DNA from: Flaccisagitta enflata
Taxonomy: Eukaryota
Reading direction: 5' to 3'
NCBI GenBank assembly: GCA_965153355.1
Contig: OZ231126.1
Location: 38,130,001 to 38,194,000, forward strand
Length of the DNA: 64,000 nt
The notes beneath the pieces were generated by a model. That model worked only from the letters and a program-made list of their open reading frames with translations. It had not been told where the DNA came from and did no database searches. This document shows positions 28,290 to 51,338 of the stretch, in pieces. Within the stretch, counting starts at the first letter, position 1, and the number at the start of each line of letters is the position of its first letter. The position numbers were made by a program, and so were the translations under genes.

Positions 28290-28909
28290 CCTAAGACGGC
28301 TTCCCTCCGAAGGCAACATTTGTGTTTCAAAGAAGATCAAAATAGAAAAAATGTATAAATGAAAATGCAAAAATAAGTGAATGAAGATCATTGTGATGGC
28401 TCAGATATGATATTTAAAAGAAAAATTTGCATTGATTCAGCAACAGGACCAAGTTTAGCCAATATTACCAAAAAAATTACTTTGAAAATTTGTACTCATT
28501 TTATTTTTGGTCACTGACAGGGGGCTGGTTGAAATTCTAAATTTGCATAGGAAATGAAAAAATGAAAAAACAAAGAACATAGTTCTCTTCCCAAATCTAT
28601 TACAGAGAGAACTATGTTTTTCAAAATGCAAAATTTCCCTGTATTTGGCTTTCTTAGAATTTCAACCACAGAACATGAAAAAAAGTGTATGCAGAAAAGC
28701 ACTAAAAATCATCATTTTCTTGCTTGTTTTTATGTGAATCACATGGTTCAAATTGCATTTTAAGTCAGAATATGATAAAAATGTATGCATCAAGTATCCT
28801 TAGATGCAATTTGTCCACTAAAAGCATTCCGGCTTCATTATTGTCCTGATAATGATGCAAAAAGTATTGTGAAACACCTCATTTTCCTTCATAAATTTTC
28901 CGTCCTAAG
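28290..28909. mobile_element. Dispersed ~620-bp non-autonomous element (copies ~19915-20410; inverted ~47600-48090 and ~10515-10690)
   Basis: Short inverted ends cctaagacgg / ccgtcctaag. The core gacagggggctggt.gaaattctaaatttgcataggaaatgaaaaaa is shared between copies. Confidence 0.75.
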
Positions 28910-29669
28910 AACATTTTTTTATATCTGAACTATGATCTAGCAAACGTCATCAAAAACTGAAGAAGGTAATAACGTAAGTAAGAGCAGGTCTTTATGAAAA
29001 GCCAAGATTACTCTTGCGTTTGCCCATGATAGCGCTGATCTTCCCATGTACAGGCCATTTTTAACTATACCGAGCTTTTTGGGCAGGAGCAGTAAGAAAA
29101 AAAAGAACCGCGTCTTGTTGACAAATGCATCCGACCGACGCACCGACTGGGCTTACCAACTTATCAAATTCTTGAGGTGACCTATTTCAGAAAGAACTCT
29201 GTGACCATTTAGAAACGACCAAGTTTTCTAACGTTGATTTTTTTCCGCCGGATTGGAACTTCGTCAAAGTGATCAAAAGTTCAAAACATGAAAATCCAAA
29301 CCCGAAACGGATTCAAGTCTGGAGCACCAGAGTAGTCTGGCCTAGAAATCCTTGAATCGCCGTTCCTCGATGGATTCCACCAAACATGGTCCCCTAAGGG
29401 GAGTCCCCTTGCACCCCTCCATCGTCTACTACTATTACTACTAACCTTGGCGTCATAAAAAATGTCGGATTTTTAAAACCTATTTTAACCATCCTAATTT
29501 AAGTTATATATTTTGAATCATTTTATTTAAAAGTAGCACTTCCATAATCAACACGACAAAGCACTTAACACAAAAAAAGTAAGTAGATGCGCCCACCCTT
29601 CGTTTGATGAAACATGTAAATGTATGGGATCATGCGAGTAAAAGAGAGTTTATGTTTAGGTTCTTCATA

Positions 29670-29848
29670 CAGTTGAACCCCGTTCTAACGGATCCGCCAC
29701 TAACGGAATTCCGCCTAAAACAGTTGTTAATACATGGTCCTTTTCAAGTTAATTTCTTTTATTTTCTTTGTTGGCAATAATAAAAGTCCACCTATAACAG
29801 AAAAAAAATTGTTTGTCCCCTGAAATCCGTTAAGGCGGGGTTCAACTG
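29670..29848. mobile_element. Tc1/mariner-superfamily (pogo/Tigger-like) MITE downstream of the OAS stop codon
   Basis: TA|cagttgaaccccg ... cggggttcaactg|TA, 179 bp. Contains a minus-strand AATAAA at 29758-29763. Confidence 0.8.
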
Positions 29849-30007
29849 TACTTGATTTTCTGTACAACTTATGGAACGAAATCACTCCCTTCATGATGAT
29901 CGAGCAAGAAACATGTCACAGCCGGGTCACAGCCACAATATGTCAAGTGTGGTTGGGAAGGATGGAGGCCAAAGAGCTGGATAGACGGACGGACGGATTG
30001 TCATCCA

Positions 30008-30218
30008 TTAGAACACAACAATAATAGCTATGGGCAAAAGTGGAATTTGGCATTCCTTTTTCCTTTTTATCTTCTGTGAAAGGTCAATTCACTTTAATCT
30101 ACAATGTTGACATCATACAATAGAACACAACAATAATAGCTATGGGCAAAAGTGGAATTCGGCATTCCCTTTTCCTTTTTGTCTTCTGTGAAAGGTCAAT
30201 TTACAATGTTGACATCAT
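30008..30218. repeat. Tandem duplication (~113-bp period) in the predicted OAS 3' UTR
   Basis: tagaacacaacaataatagctatgggcaaaagtggaatt...tacaatgttgacatcat is present twice. Confidence 0.85.
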
Positions 30219-30239
30219 GATATGGATACAATAAGTGAG

Positions 30240-39456
<9,217 letters not shown>

Positions 39457-39576
39457 AAGTCGCTAAAATGTTTGCTTATAAAGTTAAATCTCAATTCACT
39501 CAATGAGAGAGGATCACTTGATAAGCAGAAGATGAGTTTCTTGTCTCTTTCCACCATCGTCATCTTGACTCTCTAC

Positions 39577-39584
39577 CTTTTATA
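39577..39584 (-). promoter_or_regulatory. Candidate TATA box of the OAS-like gene
   Basis: TATAAAAG on the minus strand, about 255 nt upstream of the OAS ATG. Confidence 0.5.
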
Positions 39585-39657
39585 CCTGAATAATTGCACA
39601 ACTTAAGGGACACGAGAAGGATACGGTAATTTTGGCTGCAATCTTTCCCAATTCTTT

Positions 39658-39691
39658 CGTCAGCTCCACGTCAGCTCCACGTCAGCTCCAC
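39658..39691 (-). promoter_or_regulatory. Three tandem 11-bp units containing TGACGTGG (CRE/UPRE-like bZIP sites)
   Basis: Plus strand reads (cgtcagctcca)x3. CCACGTCA occurs at 39666-39673 and 39677-39684, 75-105 bp upstream of the TATA box. Confidence 0.4.
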
Positions 39692-41090
39692 TTATTCATC
39701 AAAAATTTTTTTCTTGTTGTAAGACTTACGGTGCGATCATGCGAGTCGGAAATACCACGCGGGTCACATAAAAGACACACTTTTAAATGATTAATTTTGC
39801 CAGAATCTTAGACCCTTAAAAAACTTGAATAAAAAGTGTTTCCGTTCAATACTCCCGCTATGGAGCATACAGATACGCAAACAAGGTAGAGCTTAATTTA
39901 GGTGTATGATTTTTTTTTTGTTTTTTTTTTCATCAAGATTTCCAAGTAAATCAAGGTAAAAAACTTCCCCAAATAGATCTTTAAACAAGGCCGGATACAC
40001 GGCTACCAAAGTCGCGTGCCGGTGGGCAGCGGCCATATTTGAGGTCACTAGACCATTTGGGCAGGAGCAGTGGGGTCAAAAAAATAAAATCATAAAAAAG
40101 TAAAATGTGACCAATCAACCGACCGACCGACCGACCGACCAACCGACCAACCGATGGACAAAGCGGGTTGTAGAGTCGCGTGCACGCGACTAAAAACGAG
40201 GAGAAAAGACCCTAGCCTTTTCCCTATTGAATACGCCTCTTTAAGCTTTCTGCAATCATCGCTATGCTCTCCATACATTCATGCATTCATTCATTCATTC
40301 ATTCCTCCATTCATTCATTCATTCATTTCTCTGTCCAAAAATCATTCATTAATTCATCCAAACCTGTACTTTTAGTCATTTGTTTGCTCTGTGGCGCACA
40401 CCTCTATGCTCCATTGCCTTGGACAGCCTCCATCAAGACTCATGCGCTGATAAGATTTTGTCCCGTCAGCCTTACGAGTTCGCGTGTGGAAATTGACAAT
40501 GACAAGCAATAATGAATTTTCAAAAACTTGATTCTTCTTCTTTTATCTTTTTTGTGATCTGTCGATTTCTTGCTCGTGTAAGTCTCTGATTGGTTCCTGC
40601 TTATGAATACCTCTATCTAGTTGGATAAGAAAGGAATCTTTTAAGGTTTAAGGCTCTTTTCCAATTCCCGTCACTCCAAAATTCAAATTGAATTGGTAAA
40701 AAATGCTAGATCTGATAAAGATCAAAAGAAGATTACTTTTTAGTCGCGTGCACCCGACTCTACAACCCGCTATGTCTGTCCGTCCGTCTGTCGGTTGGTT
40801 GGTCACACTAAACTTTTATTTATGATTTTATTTCTTTGACCTCACTGCTCCTGCCCAAATGGTCTGGTGACCTCAAATATGGCCCCTGCCCACCCGCAGG
40901 CGACTTCGGTAGCCGTGTATCCGGCCTTGTTAAAGCGTTTGTCTGTGCTTCAATTTCTCGTGCTACTGCTAGGGCAGGGTGGCGAAGGATCATATCATAT
41001 ACTCTCACCCACCGCGCTCAATCACCTGGTCCAGCTCTCCTTGAACACTCTTCTTCATCCTCGCCTTCGCCCTAATACCCTCATATCTAG

Positions 41091-44000
41091 TTAAACCCCT
41101 TAAACTAGGGAAAGGAGAGGACAAAAATCTTCCTCAGTAGGCGACCAAACTCTGGTGAGGTAACATCCTCAACGATCTGCATCACTTCCTGTGCCCTGGG
41201 TTGCTGAAAAAATCGCCCTCACCCACTATGTTTGCCATCTATACTAGACCAAAGAATTTCTGGCCAAAACTCAAAATAATTCATCACCTTTCTGGGATCA
41301 TCTGATAAAAGCTTTGAAAATAATAGTATAAGATGATTGGTACTGCTGATTGGTGTAACTGCCTGCAAAAGAACTTGAAATATCAAAGAATATCCTGGTT
41401 GCTGCAAATTGCTGCAATCTGGGTGATCAGTTGCAGCAACTTCCCCTTTTTGCAATAATATTTGAGAAAATGGAAAAAAGTTTGGAAGTTATGATCTTTT
41501 GAGTAGTTGTTATTTCCACATTTTGAATCAATGCCTGTTTAGGAAAGCTTACCTTTACAGATTGCTGCAGCAAGAAGGCAAGCTGCTTGTCCGACATCAC
41601 CTTTACAACAAGCATGCATAGGTTATGACAAATTGGCCAAGACAAGAAGGCAATTGAAAAATGAAGACACTAATTCGTGGATTTCATTTTCTGAGTGATC
41701 TCAATTTGAAGTATGTCACAAAATGCCTCCTAAGTATATTTTTTCTATGCTGCAAGCTGCAGCAACCTGGCTTCTTGGGATATTTCACCTTTGCAGCAAG
41801 CTTATATTGATGTTAAAAATTTGATGCAAAGTATGATTGAAATCCTAATTTGGAGGATATTGCTTCCGGACCAATCCCGGTTTTCACTGCAAATTAGTGT
41901 CTGCTAGATAACCATAAGCAAAAAAAAACCGTACATTGCTTATTTCTACAATAACTTCGCGCTGTTTTTGAGAAAGTACATAAAATCTGTGATCATTTTA
42001 AAGAGCTTCAAAAAATCTTTCATTTGAGTTGTTGAACAAAAGTCTAACTTGAAAACTCTAGAAGATATGTTCATTTGAAAAAAAAAGCATCAACTTGAAA
42101 TCTGCCAGATATGACATTTTATACTAACTTGTATTTATGGACTAAATGTCTTTGGTTGATTACTCTTTCTAAACGAATTGACTTGAAAAGGTCTGCTTGG
42201 CGCCATTTTGTAGATAATAAGTTATGTTTTCATTTCCTCTTAAATTTTTCTTAGTTTCCTTTTGCCGAATATGTTTTTCATACTTAAAGACAGAAGTAAA
42301 AGAACTGAATCCCTTCAATTTACAGATTATGGGGATGCTTACTTCAAACGGTTGCCATGTCTAAACGAATTGAGCAACAAATTTCTGCTTGGTCTAGATT
42401 TGAAGAACTTTCGAAGATCTTTCTAACGGTCACTGATTTTTTATATTTTCATTGAAACCAAGCCGGTCAAAGGCATTAAAAACCGCCATGTACGTTTTTT
42501 TTTTTTTTTGCCCATGGTTTATCTACCTTTGCAGCAGGCTTAATTCACATTTGACCTCTTCTATCCAATGGTCCTGTTCAATACTATCTTCACACAAAAA
42601 ATCTTTCCACCTCAAAACAAGCATCATTTTTGAAAAATTTGCTGCTCCTTAACTAACAAAGCTACTGACCGCAGATTGGTCTCATGTTATTGAGTTAAAA
42701 CAAATCTTTCAAATGGGACCAATCTGGTTGTTATAGCTTGATTATTTTAGGAGCAGCCCTCTTCTAAAGGTGATGGTAGTTTTCAGGTGGAAAGATTTTT
42801 TTTGTGAAGATAGTAGATACAGTATGATCCATCTAGACTGTAACATTTCATGACGGAATTGCTCAAAAAGTAGTAGAGATAATCTAATTCTGAAAAAAAA
42901 TCTTTGTTAGATAATAGTTTGGCATTTTATGATGATTGATGCTCAAAATTTTTTGATATAATCTAATCCCCTAAATTTTCAATGAGCGAAAAATCATGCT
43001 TGGCAAAACAAGCATTTTTGTCACTTTGTCAAACCAAGGCCGACACCTATAGATTGCGTGCGAGACTTACATAATGACTTACAATGACTTAGCATACTCT
43101 CAAATGACTTAAAATGACTTTAGGAAATCCCTATTTGAAAAAGGCTGTATACACAGCAGCAATAGTTACGGATGAGTGGGCAGAAGCGGAAAACCTTGAA
43201 TAACAACTTTTTGATGGACCAACCTATGGACCGACACACCAACTGGAAAGTGCCTTTTAGTGTCACGTGTCCGCACTTAAAATGCATTTCAGCAAAATAG
43301 TGCTTTTCTTTGCTTAGCTCTAGCTTTAAAACTGTTTGAGATACAGACCTGGGATTGGTCTAAAATGAAAGATTTTAAGGAAAATCCTTGAATGGTTCAA
43401 ATGATCTTTTTAATCTATACTTGTATACTTGTAATGTATACTTGTGCAGCAGGCTTGATTAGACATCCTGGGTAGCCGTGTATCTGGCCTCATTAGAAGC
43501 CGATTTGCGACAATTGAAAAGGTACATCTGAGCTCGCATTTCATTAAAAACTAATGCCTCCATGAATGATGTTACTATTGTAGCAACCATAGGAATTAGA
43601 AAACGAAAGGTTTGAAACAACCAAGTATTGATACAATCCTTAAGTCGCTGCAATCTGGATATTTCCTTTTTAGAGTAAATAGGATTACATAACCAAGAAT
43701 TTCGTGTACAAAAATTCTTATTTGCCTGCAATGTGAAAGTATGCCGTGCTTTATCCGTCTGGTCATCCCTCTTTACTTTCGGCGTTTAAGGCTTCATGAG
43801 CTCACAGCTGTAAGTGCCAGAAATGTGAATGCCCCAATGATATCTCTATCACTGCCCCTGCCCTTCCGCACGCTACTGGAGTAGCCGTGTATCTGGCCTT
43901 GTTTTAGTCATTGCAGTCCGTCAGTAGTTCCATTTGTTGATAACACTTAGCTTTTAAACCTATTCTTTGACATATGTAATGAAGAAGTTGTGCTTGCTTA

Positions 44001-45732
44001 TTTTGGCATGAAAACAGGAACATTTTAAAAGCTGATTTTAGGCGAATCCAAGGGCTGACAGGGTTGATATGAAGCTTGAGAGGATTGATAAAAATTGAGA
44101 GGGCTGATCTTGCTCAAGGGGGTTAACTTGAGGCCTGAGAGGACAGATTTATGGTCTGAAATAACTTCAAAGTAGACAGGCTTTTGAGGGTTGATCAACA
44201 GGCTAAGGGTTGGATTTGAGGCCTCAGAGGACTGGTTTGAGACCTGAGAGCGTTGTTTTGAGGCCTGCGGATGCTGATTTGAGGCTTGATAAGAGCTAAA
44301 TGAGATAAATATGCCTTGTGCCCTACAGTTCTTCATTCGATCAGACCGCTGCCCCCATCCCAAACAAGGCCAGATACACGGCTACCCCAGACACATGCAG
44401 GTGGGCAGGGGCCGTATTTGAGGTCACTTTATCATTTGGGCAAGAGCAGTGAGGCCAAGAACCGCAAGAACCCAAAACGAGGCCGGATACACGGCTACCC
44501 CAGTCGCGTGTGGGTGGGCAGGGGCCATTATTGTGTCAGTGGAGCATTTGGGCAGGAGCAGTAAGGCCAAAAACCCCATCAACGCCAAAAAAGTAAAGTG
44601 TGTCGGACGGACGGACCAACGGACGGACGGACCAACAGACTGACGGACCGACTGACAAACGGACACAGCAGGGTGTAGTCACGTAGCACGCAGCTAAAAA
44701 AAAGTCAAATTAGTTTCATTGATAGTCAAAAAAAAAAACTAGTTAGACCTTGCTGGATGTCCTAGCTCTATCGGTTTACAAATGGCATTAGGATGAAGAC
44801 AGATGGTCAAGAATTTGGAGATTCACCATGTGATTTTCATGGGTCTTCTTTATTCTAACACAAAAATTAAATGCGTATGTATGGGGATGAACCGATAAAT
44901 CGGAAGATGGACAAAAATATAATTGCATGGACAGACAAAAAGACAGCAGGCCTGTATATTATTGAGTTCCCCCCCCCCCCACGTGGGGGATGGGGAAATC
45001 AAAGGGTCTGGAGATGGGGAAGGTAATCAAAGGGGGAAAAAGATTATAAAAGGAAATTTGGGGAAAATATAACTTTTAACAGTACTAAATCATAAAACAC
45101 AATTAGGAAAACACTATTCAACACTATTTAAACCTTAACTACATTGTTTTATTGCTATATGGGTAAAAAAATCATAGATATAAAAACGCGATGCCACGCA
45201 TTGCGGGGAAAAAAACCCCCCCCCGGGGGGGCCAAATCAAAAGCGACTCAATAATATACACCCCTGAGACAGACAGCTGGAAAAAGCCACTGTTAGAGTT
45301 GCTAGTTTGAGACTTGAAATCTGATAATTGCCCATGGATGTGGAATGAGAATTGCAGCTGATTAAGCCAAAATTTCCACATAACCTGCAGCAACCTGCAG
45401 TAGCCTGCAGCAACTTGCAGCAACTTAAATCTTATATCAACTTTTACGCTTAATATCATCAATAGCATGGGAAATACTAATTAAGTTGATATTGAAAAAG
45501 AATTCAAGATTTCTTTGGCGAAAAGCAAAAAAAAAACCTCAATTTCCGTAGGAAAATCTTCATTCATATAGACGATAAAGATGCTGGATGAGGGCGATTT
45601 TTTCAGCATTTTAGAGTCCATCAGGTGTTTCAGATTGTTTAGACATACGTTCCACCAGACACTAGTCCCCTACTGGCAACTATTTCTTGAATATTTCTCC
45701 CTCTGGGGTTCCCCGGTCCCCCCGCTACTTAA
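41091..45732. mobile_element. Old composite insertion with degenerate long inverted ends and nested elements
   Basis: gctgaaaaaatcgccctca (~41203) is inverted as tgagggcgattttttcagc (~45589). TTAA occurs near both boundaries. The insertion interrupts a ccctaacaccctcattcctag-type degenerate repeat that resumes after 45740. Boundaries are approximate. Confidence 0.45.
42560..42835. mobile_element. Degenerate foldback MITE
   Basis: tactatcttcacacaaaaaatctttccacct / aggtggaaagattttttttgtgaagatagta, with centre cagattggtctca...tgggaccaatctg. Confidence 0.7.
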
Positions 45733-48303
45733 ACATTCAACTAATTAGCTCTTTACATAATCCCATTCGCCTTAACACCCTTAACACCCTCATTCCTAAT
45801 TCAGCTCCGCTGACATCCAACTTAGTCACTCTAAGACTTTACCTCCTCCCCTTCACCCTCACACCCTAATTCCTAATATTACTCCTTTTACGTTGGACCA
45901 ATTTACTCTTTACTTCCTCCCCTTTGCCCTAAGACCCTCATCCCTGGTTTTACTCCTCTTATGTTTGGCTTATTCACTCCTGACTTCCTACCTTTTGCCG
46001 GCCTAACACCCACACTCCTAGTTGAACACCTCTTACGTTCAACTTGTATTCACTCATTACTTCCCTCCCTTCGCCCAAACACCCTCATTCCTCTTTACTT
46101 TCACCCATTTGCCCTCATTCCTAGTTTTACTCTTCTTTCATCCAATTATTCTACCCTTCGCCCTTACACCTTTGTTCCTAGTTTTACTTCTTTAACATCC
46201 ATCTAATTCATTCTTTACTTCCTCCCCTTCACCCTAACACCCTCATTCCTAGTTTTACTCTTTACTTCCTCTTCTTTTTTCCGACTGCTCAGTTCTCGAG
46301 AGTCTCGAGACTTGACCTAATTTCGTCCAACGGAAGTCGTCTCACCGACTTATTGACATTTCTGATACAGAGTACAGTGGACAACTAGACAACTGGACAG
46401 AAGACAAATACTTCTGGCATATTTTACCCGCCTCTAACGATGGCACTTCAATATATCGCTCTTGTCTAATTCTGTCTGCAACCAAACCCCGCAGGCCTAC
46501 ACCCTCACTCCTTCCCAAACGGCATACAAATTAAAGAGGACCATTGGACAAAAGACGAATCTTTCTGAGTTCTGACAAATTTCAACTGCCTCTTAATCTT
46601 ATGATGGCTCTTCAACTTCAGTCTGCACCCTGCACCTGTACCCTCACTCCTTCCTAAACTGGATGCTGATGCTTCACGAAACCCGGTGATCAAAACCCTG
46701 AAACAGCAGACGAGTTCTATGATAAGATTCTTATCTATCATTCATCAACCTAGACAAGCAAACTCGGATTGTAATTTGAGACACTGCTCCGAGAAACAAG
46801 GCCGGATACACGGCTACCCTAGTCGCGTGCGGGTGGGCAGGAGCAGAGCTGGAGAAGTTCACTTGGGCATCTGGGCAGGAGCAGTACGCTCAAAAAGCTC
46901 AAAAACGCCTGAAAAAGTAAAAAGGGGTCCGACTAACCGACCGACCAACCGACATAGCGGGGTGTAGAGTCGCGTAGCACGCGACTAAAAAGTAAAAGTA
47001 AAATTACGTTCGCCACGTGGTTATGGCAGAACTGGCCAGTGGCAAAATATGAGTCTCCACTCTAAACGATAAACGTTAGAACGTTGTACCGTGGAAAACT
47101 TGCACGCGATTGTAAGCTTTGAACAGTCATTAACTGATTAACTTCACCAGTTCTTTTTCTTTTCTTAACTCATCAAGCACCATATCAAGCCGTCCTCTCA
47201 ACACTTCATTCATGCCCTCTCTGACCTTGTTATGCCAATCCCCAAAACTTGACGACTGGACCTTCGCCTTAGTTCCTCAGTGACCCCGAGAAAGAGAGCA
47301 AGATGCCGATGATGAGCAAGATACCAGAGGAAGAAATCGGGGTTTTATCGCCATCCCTTCAAATACGCCTGTCGATGTTTAATGATGAGAAAACGATTGG
47401 ATAAAGAAAAGAAAAAGAACAAAAACAAAACAAAAAAGCCATTATTCAGGGTGCTTTTACTTCATCCTGCATAAGACAGCGAGCATTTGATGTCAACATA
47501 AAATGTTTCGCCCCATTTTTTAAACCATAGTTGAATAATTATGATGCAACAATTACTTTGATAAGACAAATTGTCTCCAGAAATACTCTTTGTGTATGTC
47601 TCTGTCATATATTAACCTCAAAAGAACCTTTAAATCGGCAATTCACGCAAGAAAAGCAAAGAAAATAAGGGTTTATAGTGAGATTTTGCTTACATTTATT
47701 ATCTCATTACTGCTGTTAAAATTATAAGACTTCCAAATGCAGAGAAATTTTGCATTTCTAAGAATATAGCCGCCTTCATAATCAATTTTGGAAGGCGGCT
47801 ATGTTCTTCATTTTTGAGTTTTTTCATTTTCTATGCAAAGTTATAATTTTAACAAGCCTCCTATCAGTGAACAAATACTAAATTTTCAATATTTTTGAAT
47901 GAATATATTTTATTAATGATAGCTACACTTTCTCTTTTATCCTATTTGAATGCAAATTTAGCAATGAAATACTTATTATGATATACTTCAATGATTATTT
48001 TCATGTTATTTTATATTTTCATTCCCATAAAATTTTCTATTTTAACCCCTTTTGACACACTAAATCTTGCCGTCGAATGCTCGCCGTCATAACCACATTC
48101 TTTCCGCGCATAACGATGTGATGAGTCCGGGGAAAAAAATTCCTCATTTGATAAAATGACTTCACATCCACACCCTTTGCCTTTGATATGGCTGTGGCTT
48201 GTTATGGTTTACATGATAATAGTGATGAAAGTCTTGGCAATGCTACGGCACTGTGATAATCATGGTAGATTGGTGGGTACTGTAATGCGCTGGCTCTTGT
48301 TCA

Positions 48304-48391
<88 letters not shown>

Positions 48392-48544
48392 GCTGTTGGT
48401 TTTTCTTCTAATGTATGTGTTGTCTGCGTTGAGTAGTTCATTCTTCTTCTTGTGTGCCCAGAAGGCCCTGTTGTGTTTTTGTATACGAAACCCTCTTTAA
48501 ACATCTGAATCATATTTGTAAAGCTTTCAGGCGCGACGTGTGTG

Positions 48545-48655
<111 letters not shown>

Positions 48656-48657
48656 TA

Positions 48658-49906
48658 GCTTGTACCTAAATGACGAAAAGTGATAAATTTGGCATTCTAC
48701 ATGCACTTTATGCTGTGGGGCTGTCTTGGCCTCCTGTTAAGATCAGTTTTGCCACTCAAATCCTACTTTAAGCTTTCCGCATCTTACCCTTTGTAAAACC
48801 TACCTCTATGAGGAACCAAAAATTTTAAAGTGCTTAAATCTCTGCTTTGACTGCAGATTTGAAATCTGCAGAAAAAACTGTTAATTCAACACTGTGCTTT
48901 TAAAACAATTCTGAGTGAAAAGTCATATAACTGTGGGTTTTTCTACATTTTTGAGCAGTATTAGGGTGTAAGAGCATGTAACTAGCAAAAACAAAATCAT
49001 TCACTGAGCGCTTTTTGAGTAACCTTCAAAATAAAAAAAAAATAGACCTAATTTTAATGCAGATTCTTCTGGGATGTGTTGACTAAATTTTTGATTCTAT
49101 ATTGTTAATCTATGCAAAATCCCCTTTCATTTGATAGGTCACACTCTATACTTTTGCAAAAAATTAAAATTTTCATTTTTTGAGTCACCGTTACAAAAAA
49201 GTAACGGTGGCTCAAAATATGAAAACCTAATATTTATATTAAACCATATAGTGTGACCTATCAAATGAAAGGAAATTTTGTATAGAATAAAAATATGGAA
49301 TCAAAAAATGAGCCAATACTACTCATTAGAATCTGCATTACAAATAGCTTTAATTTTTTTCTATTTTGAAGATTACTCAAAAAGCGCACGGGGAATGATT
49401 TTATTTTTGCTAGTTACATGCTCTTACATCCCAATACTGCTCAAAAATGCAGAAAAACCCACAGTTATAAGACTTTCCACTGGGAATTTCTTTAAAAGCA
49501 CAGTGTCAAAGTGCTTTCCTTTTTTCAATATTTCAACTAGAAGGTGCTCAAAATAAGCGTCAAAGTTTGCAAAACCTACCTTTCTCTTTTATTTCTTTGT
49601 AAAATCGCCGAACTTACCTTTTTGTCATATCTTCAAGATGAATTTTGACTATGATCCCGAAGGAATTTTGTAAAAAGGAGAGCACGTTCAATTATCAGTT
49701 TTTCATGCAGATTTCAAATATGCAGTCAAAAATGGTATTTTAGTAACTTGAATTTTTTGGTTACCTATAGGCAAAAGGAAGGCGCGGCCAGCAAGATGCA
49801 AAATTTTCAATCTGAAATTGATGTCATTAGAAGCCCAAGACAGCCTCACAACAAGAACTACTCGTGGACATCTGATTTTATTGTTTTTTGTCATTTCGGT
49901 ACAAGC
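48658..49906. mobile_element. ~1.25-kb foldback element inserted at TA within a (TG)n tract
   Basis: TA|gcttgtacctaaatgac ... gtcatttcggtacaagc|TA. The arms are imperfectly complementary up to the central hairpin gagtcaccgttac-aaaaaa-gtaacggtggctc (~49182-49212). Confidence 0.8.
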
Positions 49907-49932
49907 TAGTGTGTATGTGTGTGTATGCGCAT

Positions 49933-51338
49933 TAGGGGTGGGGATAATGCACCTTAGTCAACGGATCAAGTTGCAGGTGAAGAATATGTGCTAACATGAT
50001 GAGAATAGATGGTATACCAAGTTACAGGACCTTTGGAACAGTTTCAGCCTAGCCCTCCACCCCCCTCCCCTGCCCCCAGGGCTTCAAAACCCAGAAAACG
50101 CGACTTTTTTGCAATTTTAAGCGTGTTTTGCCTTCCAAATGTGTTAAAAAATGATAGAAACTACTAAAACACATTCTAAAATATGTAACCTGACATGTGA
50201 TTACCCATTTGGGGTGTGACACAGGATTTTTTATGGGCATAGACCCTCCAGAAATACTGCAAAATGATGATTTTTGCCTGTTTTAAGTAATTCAAGTTAT
50301 ATTGTGATATCATCTGTTCAAAAATTTATGTTACATGTTTATGGCAAGTATGTTGTTAAGGGCAGTCAGTGGGTGGGCAGGGGCAATAATGCAGGTGGGA
50401 TAGGGATGTCTTGTAGGTGGGCAGGGGCTGTTATGCTTAGAAATCACAATTTTGGCCAATTTTGCATCATTGTAAATTTTCCTATTATGAACCATTCTAA
50501 AATGTGCAACCTGACATGTGATTATCCATTTGGGTTATGATGCTAGGTTGCATACCACTCACCTTTCATACCACTCAAATATGATCATGAAATTCGCTTT
50601 GGATGAAACAACAGCAAAGACACATTTTAGCAACATTTTTTAGATTTGATTGCAAAACTGATGTAATAATAAAAAGAGTGTCTGCTTTGAGATGTACAAT
50701 ATCATTATTCATTTTTTCATGTTTAAGTTGCTTGCAAAGCGACTCTTTAAGAGAGTGTGCCCATCCATCCTAGGGTTGGATCATTATACAAAATAATACA
50801 ATGATGCAAAATTGGCCAAAATTGTTATTTTTAAGCTTAAGAGCCCCTGCCCACCTACAAGACAGCCCCAGCCCACCTGCATTACTGCCCCTGCCCACCC
50901 ACAGACTGCCCCTAATGACATACTTGCCATTAACATGTAACGTAAATTTTCGTACAGATTTTTTCGTACAATATAACTTAAATTACTTAAAACTGGCAAA
51001 AATCATTATTTTGCAGTAATTCTGGAGTGTTTATACTCACAAAAAATCCTGTTTCACAGCCCAAATGGGTAATCACATGTCAGGTTACACATTTTAGAAT
51101 GTGCTTTAGTATTTTCTATCATTTTTTAACACATTTTGAAAGCAAAACATGCTTAAAATAGCAAAAAAAAATCGTTTTTTCTGGATTTTGAAGCCCTGGG
51201 GGCACGGGGGGTGGAGGGCTAGGCTGAAACTGTTCCAAAGGTCCTGAAACTTGGTATACCATCTATTCTCATCATGTTAGCACATGTTCTTCACCTGCAG
51301 CTTGATCCGTTGATTAAGGTGCATTATCCCCACCCCTA
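49933..51338. mobile_element. hAT-like non-autonomous foldback element, 1406 bp, ~550-600-bp inverted arms
   Basis: Termini taggggtggggataatgcacctta / taaggtgcattatccccacccct a. The 8-bp TSD atgcgcat lies at 49925-49932 and 51339-51346. Confidence 0.85.

Noticed and set aside
39630-39760. NF-kB or ISRE-like sites in the OAS promoter (GGGAAAGATT, CGGAAATACC)
   Set aside because: Only partial consensus matches, expected by chance in AT-rich DNA.
47170-47370. Possible minus-strand terminal exon (acceptor cgacag; hydrophobic GILLIIGILLSF in one frame)
   Set aside because: The hydrophobic frame has a stop just after the best acceptor, the other frames are short, and there is no linking evidence.
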